12,108 nt of DNA from assembly GCA_965263355.1 (NCBI GenBank), contig CBDHHL010000017.1:1-12108 (forward strand), read 5' to 3'. Origin of the DNA: Leptolyngbyaceae cyanobacterium (GTDB taxonomy: Bacteria > Cyanobacteriota > Cyanobacteriia > Phormidesmidales > Phormidesmidaceae). Under the pieces are notes generated by a model. It was given only the letters and a program-made list of their open reading frames with translations. It made no database searches and was not told the DNA's origin. Below are positions 8,201 to 12,108 of this stretch, one piece after another. Numbering within the stretch: the stretch's first letter is position 1; each line of letters opens with the position of its first letter. The position numbers and the translations under genes were made by a program.

Positions 8201-10824
8201 CAAAAGAGATTCTTTTGTCCGACGCAGTAGTCAAGCCCTACATGATGGGGTTACGCACAGTATTATATACAGATGCATCCAAATTGCACGGACTGGGGTT
8301 TGCTCTGGTGCAATATGAAAACGAAAGCGAGAAACCCCGGCTTGTCACATGTGGCAGCTGCGCACTTACACCTACACAATCACGTTATGCCGTCTGTGAG
8401 CTAGAAGCGCTCGGTATACAATACGCATTAGAAAAATGTAATCACTATCTCAGGGGCGCACCAAAATTCACGATAGTCACAGATCATCGCCCTTTAGTAG
8501 GTATATGGACAATGGAGCTAGCCGCAATTTCGAACCCGAGACTGCTGCGTCTGCGCTTAAAAACGGTCCCGTACGACTTCGAGCTGATATGGCAACCGGG
8601 GAAGAAGCAGTTGGTCGCCGATGCGTTGAGCCGTTATCCCACGTTCGCCCCGGAGGCGGGTTGCAAAGAATTGGATGAAGCTCACATATATATTTGCAGG
8701 GCAATCACCACCCAGACACCGTGCCGAACTCTTTTAGAGGCCGCCCAGGACAATGAATATATGAAAATTGTGGAATGCGTGGAGAAGGAAGAATGGTCAG
8801 AAATTCAGGAAGGTCACCCAGCCTGGGAGTTGAAGAAGTGGGGACCGTCAATGTCGATTCTAAAAGGTGAGACAGGGGGTGCCCTTGTTTTGGTGGGGGG
8901 AGAGAGAATTCTTGTCCCGCAATCTGCAAGAAAAGCAATTTTGGACATTTTGCATGAAGGCCACCCGGGGGTCACTAAAATGGTGAAAAAAGCAAACTGT
9001 TATTATTTCTGGCCTGGAATGAATAACGAATGCGAGCTCAAGGTCAAGGGCTGTATGGAATGTGTGAAGTTAGCACCATCTCAGCAGAAGCACAAGTTAA
9101 CTGCTGAGAAAGCAATGGCCCCGATGTCCCACATGGGAATTGACCTCTTTTCATGGCAAGGGAAAAATTATTTAGTTGCAGTATGCCGATTTTCGGGTTG
9201 GCCCTTTGTTAAATTAATGCGATCAACAACCACGGATAGCGTATGTAAAACGCTAACAAGCTGGTTCAATAATTTTGGGTGGCCCATTGCAATTCGCACA
9301 GATGGGGGGCCACAATTTCGCGCAATTTTTTCAGAATTCTGCGCATCTCGCAACATTGCTCATGAAACAGCTTCCGCGTACAACGCAGAAGCTAACGGCT
9401 TAGCTGAGGCAGCTGTTAAACAGACCAAGTATTTACTGCAGAAAATAGGAAGCATGGGAGAGAGGTATGACAGAGAGCTTTGCGCGTGGCGCAACACACC
9501 TCGCGCCGACGGGTTTAGCCCTGCCATGCTGATGTTCAATAGGAACATGAAAGAGGAGCGCCTGCCCGTAGCCGCGCCTGCGTTGCGTCTCCAGAGTCAG
9601 GGACACCAGGAATTGGGTGCGCAAGCAAGGCAGGAAGTAAGGGAGCAACAAGTGGGGCACAAGAATCAGGTCAGATTAGAAAGGAAACAGTTAAAAGTAG
9701 GTCAGTTAGTTTTGGTTCAGAACACTGACAACAACCTTTGGGATCAATTCGGCAACATCATTGAAGTTCGACCTGATAACTTGTCCTACTTGGTAAGGTT
9801 GCACAACACTGATCGTATTGTACTACGTGGTAGAGATTTGCTAAAAGATGTCCACCCTGAACTGGAACAGCAAATCAAAACAATAACATTGCAATCTATT
9901 CTTTTACCACCTCGCTTTTCCAGAGCAGTTAAAAAGACAGTAAGATGGGGTTCTTTGATACCGACAACCATCAGGAGGCTCACCAGGAACACGATAATGC
10001 ATACGACACCAACTCCAACAACGGGCTGGTCAACCTGGAAGGGGGCTCAGCAACATTGGCCATCCTGTTGGTCGCAGCCCTCGCCGGGATACCAATTGGG
10101 GTCTGTTTGTGGCGCTGGGTTAAGAAAGACCGAATCCGTCTCAGGGCCCAGTACCCCAACGCCTACGCAGCCTACAAGGCCGAGCGGAAGGAGGACGTCC
10201 GCGAGCTGGCTTGGGGAGGCTCTTGGGGATCAGGGAGCTCCAAGAAACACGACACTTCCAGCATCGAGTGGGGCTGCTCAGGGGCATTGGAGTACCAGCC
10301 CTCTGCCCCAGCACACCAGTATCAGCCCTCTGCCCCAGCACACCCCAGGCACTGGGAGGGACCCAACAAAGAGCGAGACCCCGTCAGGAAGACCAAGGAG
10401 TCTCGTGCCAACAGAGAGGTCAGAGTCAACCGGGAGGCCAGCCCTGGTCCGGAGGTCCACAGGAAGAGGGGGCAGCCTAAGGCTCCTGCACCAGGCCCAA
10501 GCAGGGACCTGTTCCAGCCGCGCCTCGTCACGGCCACAGCTCCAGGAGTGTCTGCCGCCGCCGTCATCGATCTTCAGGGGGCGGTCGCTGAACTCAAGTC
10601 CCTCATGGAGGGGCTCAAGAGCAAGCCGGTCAACACCGCTCGTAGGGAGATACGCGTCGATGCCTCCCCGCTTCGCATCGACGACATCAACATTGAAGAG
10701 TTCGAAGAATGAGCAAGAAGAAAAAGAAGGTGACTGGTTTCAGATCATAAAATTGAAAAGCGGCTACAAGGCTGTACATATTGGACCGCTAAAAACCTCT
10801 GAGTGTGCTAATGAAAGTGAGTAA
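5269..10824 (+). CDS. gag-pol: Gag-Pol polyprotein, 1851 aa, single uninterrupted frame (Gag, aspartic protease, reverse transcriptase, RNase H, integrase, low-complexity tail)
   Basis: Zinc knuckles CFGCGVENHIRREC and CSSCGNVGHLPRHSTC (6499-6606). Protease QDTGAS (D at 6913). RT LDMVQGYYQI, YKRLPMG and MIDD (7828-7839). RNase H TDAS, ELEALGI, TDHRPL, ADALSR. Integrase HEGH..CMEC (8953-9063) and catalytic D (9142), D (9301), E (9406). The start may instead be the ATG at 5425. Confidence 0.96.
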   Translation: MSTPWQSLRDSLLGTTQAGEREEGDSELLATDSEEEDVVVVTQDEEEAYDIEMAETIDGIRAGGDERGALFETLRAKMRANKTWVGRWIDRDLKSCLSMLDRQGPSAAKQVGKAHQVLEKLEDKMETIEDQLDEMAQMVPQVRDDADRIKNEVHLQITRARNDALNKIATYEAGQMAQAARPAAPAAGDGAARRQKVDDSLRPAQLTPEFTPAEFDSWKRDFTTYFNANRLGDVGVQIEEQRLRLDQCLNPHFKRWLGRERDTTTAILGAGGCLAALEDEFKRLYPMFARRKQFWSMTPDKGEDFKSFRMRLREVGDMCDLSNLTEEQCYIIKYQTTVNDEGLKQQLIANVNRNLRTLDATIDAYFAAKAGERQASEGARVWKAQEGQRGRGGREHRQRSKSPGGKPRGACFGCGVENHIRRECNFKNNKCSSCGNVGHLPRHSTCPNNKGYRKPNRSQTPGPRAAKVEEGAESTGMYQAWPPMMPPTPQGGESANMIRMASQEPKSYAQALEGGKNRIYIYRKPVDLPIIDSEIITDHEALIHPTFQDTGASANVISHNLFLKWNLKLLEGYTKPMYSVTGEKMSVEGRTSLSIRSREGFEFKSIELVVTKDTADEVIIGLKDIRRTGLLPPNWPHQIGYWSNDRCNKVDSVQAECDEVKNRLCDEFSDVISDEISMEKIVGEPLNIKFKKGVAVRPYKHTTARRIPIHQEKAAHEYLGDLIQKGIIEKIDDDEPCDFVAPAFFVPKANGKVRLVTDYKYINQFLDRPVQPFMSSRQIVDAIRPESKYFGALDMVQGYYQIALDHESSKLTTFILPDGKYRYKRLPMGMNIAGDVWNIRTDGVICGVKDALKMIDDVLTQGINLTDTEEKLRKVLLKCRELGITVSRSKFRIGQEVEFVGYKIGADGVRPSSKNLDSVRNFPVPKCVKDIRAFMGLANQISHFSPDLMQNTVHLRALLKRENAFVWGEAQENDFKRAKEILLSDAVVKPYMMGLRTVLYTDASKLHGLGFALVQYENESEKPRLVTCGSCALTPTQSRYAVCELEALGIQYALEKCNHYLRGAPKFTIVTDHRPLVGIWTMELAAISNPRLLRLRLKTVPYDFELIWQPGKKQLVADALSRYPTFAPEAGCKELDEAHIYICRAITTQTPCRTLLEAAQDNEYMKIVECVEKEEWSEIQEGHPAWELKKWGPSMSILKGETGGALVLVGGERILVPQSARKAILDILHEGHPGVTKMVKKANCYYFWPGMNNECELKVKGCMECVKLAPSQQKHKLTAEKAMAPMSHMGIDLFSWQGKNYLVAVCRFSGWPFVKLMRSTTTDSVCKTLTSWFNNFGWPIAIRTDGGPQFRAIFSEFCASRNIAHETASAYNAEANGLAEAAVKQTKYLLQKIGSMGERYDRELCAWRNTPRADGFSPAMLMFNRNMKEERLPVAAPALRLQSQGHQELGAQARQEVREQQVGHKNQVRLERKQLKVGQLVLVQNTDNNLWDQFGNIIEVRPDNLSYLVRLHNTDRIVLRGRDLLKDVHPELEQQIKTITLQSILLPPRFSRAVKKTVRWGSLIPTTIRRLTRNTIMHTTPTPTTGWSTWKGAQQHWPSCWSQPSPGYQLGSVCGAGLRKTESVSGPSTPTPTQPTRPSGRRTSASWLGEALGDQGAPRNTTLPASSGAAQGHWSTSPLPQHTSISPLPQHTPGTGRDPTKSETPSGRPRSLVPTERSESTGRPALVRRSTGRGGSLRLLHQAQAGTCSSRASSRPQLQECLPPPSSIFRGRSLNSSPSWRGSRASRSTPLVGRYASMPPRFASTTSTLKSSKNEQEEKEGDWFQIIKLKSGYKAVHIGPLKTSECANESE
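9898..9923 (+). promoter_or_regulatory. Candidate 3' splice acceptor for a subgenomic ORF2 mRNA
   Basis: ATTCTTTTACCACCTCGCTTTTCCAG is a pyrimidine tract ending in CAG on an otherwise purine-rich strand, 21 nt before the ORF2 ATG. Possible branch point ATAAC at ~9883. Confidence 0.55.
9945..10712 (+). CDS. ORF2: 255-aa putative small single-pass membrane protein overlapping the pol tail in another frame
   Basis: ATG in good context (AAGATGG). Codons are strongly C/G-ending in this frame, as in gag. Hydrophobic segment ATLAILLVAALAGIPIGVCLW (10050-10112) followed by basic RWVKKDRIRLR, two YQPSAPAH repeats and an amphipathic C-terminal helix. Confidence 0.78.
   Translation: MGFFDTDNHQEAHQEHDNAYDTNSNNGLVNLEGGSATLAILLVAALAGIPIGVCLWRWVKKDRIRLRAQYPNAYAAYKAERKEDVRELAWGGSWGSGSSKKHDTSSIEWGCSGALEYQPSAPAHQYQPSAPAHPRHWEGPNKERDPVRKTKESRANREVRVNREASPGPEVHRKRGQPKAPAPGPSRDLFQPRLVTATAPGVSAAAVIDLQGAVAELKSLMEGLKSKPVNTARREIRVDASPLRIDDINIEEFEE
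10291..10344 (+). repeat. 27-bp tandem duplication (2 copies) encoding the two PSAP motifs
   Basis: AGTACCAGCCCTCTGCCCCAGCACACC / AGTATCAGCCCTCTGCCCCAGCACACC. The one internal mismatch is synonymous in the ORF2 frame (TAC/TAT). Confidence 0.95.
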
Positions 10825-10996
10825 AAAAGTCAGTCAAGCCCTACAGAGGGGGGCTTTTGTGAAACAGAGTGCCAAAGAAGACTGTGATTGGAATCAAGTG
10901 ATAGTAAATGCAATTTTGTCAGAATGTCAGTGCAGTACTACATTGTCAGTAACATGTAAATTTTTGTCTTTGGAACTTTCCTTGGACTTTTTGACT

Positions 10997-11004
10997 GGGG
11001 GAGG
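10997..11004 (+). promoter_or_regulatory. Polypurine tract GGGGGAGG
   Basis: Purine run immediately before the TG that starts the 3' LTR. Confidence 0.85.
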
Positions 11005-11130
11005 TGTAGAGTTATATGCGCTTCCCAATATGTTCATATGTAGTTGTACGATTGAGAGAAATAGAGAGAGCTCAGGCTCAGTTGTGAAACGGATCTCATG
11101 CTGTTCACACCTTGTATTCTTACGCTTCTT
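11005..11130 (+). repeat. 3' LTR (starts TGTAGAG, lacks the last 3 nt ACA)
   Basis: Direct repeat of the 5' LTR. The reconstructed full LTR is 129 bp, TGTA...TACA. Confidence 0.95.
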
Positions 11131-11621
11131 GGGTTTATGTATGTGTGTATGTATATTTCAGCTAGGTTATCACAATGAGTGCATTAAAAGCTTGATTAAA
11201 TTAGAACTAAATATAATGTACTTCATAAACTACATCTGCATTTTGAAAACACATTTGGAGAAAATTATTTTGCCTTGATTTGGGTGGAAGAAAAATAGAA
11301 AAATGCATCATCCTAAACCAAAACATTTTCTGCCCTCAATTCCTTACAAAAAACAATTTGCCAACATTTTTCTATGTTTTAAAGTTTTCATTGCAGAGAA
11401 AGCTAAAATGTGCTCCAAAAACTTTTTGCTACTTTTTTGATAATGTTTTGACAGCCTGAGATTGTTTAGGAGCTGTTTTCTGGCACCTTAATGACTGACT
11501 ATTATGGGGATAGAAATAAGAGCCCTCCTAGAGTTAAAAAGCAAAATTTGAAAATAGATGCCTCTCAAAATTGTTAATATTAATATCAAAAACCCAGGTT
11601 TGATGCAATTTTGCCTGCTTA

Positions 11622-11818
11622 GGGGCGAAGCACACTAGCTATATGCCGTCAATAGTTCATCTTATTTCATCAATATTGATGATATATTGACAGCAAATTA
11701 CAAAAAAAAATATTTTTCCTATACATACAACAATTTTTTTTATTAATTTTATGGCAATATCTATATTGATGAAATATAGTTAAAATATTGACGGCATATA
11801 GTAGGTGTGCTAGCGCCC
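11622..11818. mobile_element. ~200-bp palindromic MITE, possibly PIF/Harbinger-derived
   Basis: Imperfect inverted arms of ~70 bp: GGGGCGAAGCACACTAGCTATATGCCGTCAATA...TATTGACGGCATATAGTAGGTGTGCTAGCGCCC. TTA on both flanks (11619-11621, 11819-11821), with the boundary uncertain by 1 bp. Confidence 0.75.
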
Positions 11819-12108
11819 TTAATATAGCTTTAATTTATACTTCCATGTTCCTGTAGCTGGAAGGAAAAAGCAAAAAAAAGGAAATTGAAGTTGTTGTTAG
11901 TTCATATTGTGCATTGAGTCTGAGCAAAAAAGGCCCTGAAATTGATTGCCAACATATTTATCAAAACTCAATCTTAATTGTTAGTTAACCATTATTTTAT
12001 ATTGACCACTTTGAATTGGTTCTTGCACCTAACTTCCTTTTTTTCTTTTCATGAATTCATTCAAATGCTAAGACAGACACTCAAAATTCAGAGGAATAAA
12101 TTTGATTC

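Larger units (their letters stand above)
5009..11130 (+). mobile_element. Near full-length Ty3/Gypsy LTR retrotransposon, Mag-like
   Basis: Direct terminal repeats, PBS-like TGG directly after the 5' LTR, polypurine tract directly before the 3' LTR, domain order Gag-PR-RT-RH-IN. Short LTRs and a double CCHC knuckle suggest the Mag clade (inference, no phylogeny run). Confidence 0.96.

Noticed and set aside
5390..10567. Antisense and short alternate-frame ORFs inside gag-pol
   Set aside because: They are short, lack motifs, and are expected as shadows of a GC-rich coding strand. Only 9945-10712 has independent support.
11131..11162. TG/TA-rich stretch ending TTTCAG at the right junction (telomere addition or host splice acceptor)
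   Set aside because: No regular telomeric unit and no convincing exon downstream. It is likely a degenerate microsatellite.
10805..11278. 157-aa ORF after pol as a possible env or ORF3
   Set aside because: It runs through the PPT, the 3' LTR and out into flanking DNA, so it cannot be an element gene.
11521..11537. AGCCCTCCTAGAGTTAA as a possible piggyBac-like terminus
   Set aside because: No partner inverted end in the window, and too short to support.

Overview
Eukaryotic (probably invertebrate) repeat-rich DNA with no host gene recognisable. Bases 1-5008 are a tandem satellite (~630 bp unit made of two diverged ~304 and ~329 bp subunits, ~6.5 units). It is interrupted at 2574-3448 by an 875-bp non-coding DNA transposon whose ends both read CACAGTG (the V(D)J RSS heptamer), with a 5-bp target duplication (Transib/RAG-like signature). 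The satellite then stops at an apparently intact, young Ty3/Gypsy (Mag-like) LTR retrotransposon (5009-11130) with very short (~129 bp) LTRs and one gag-pol ORF. The most interesting feature is a second 255-aa ORF overlapping the pol tail (9945-10712). It follows a strong splice-acceptor-like sequence and encodes a small single-pass membrane protein with a polybasic stretch and two PSAP late-domain motifs, suggesting a candidate Env-independent transmission protein. Both outer LTR ends are clipped and there is no target-site duplication. The AT-rich right flank holds a ~200-bp palindromic MITE.
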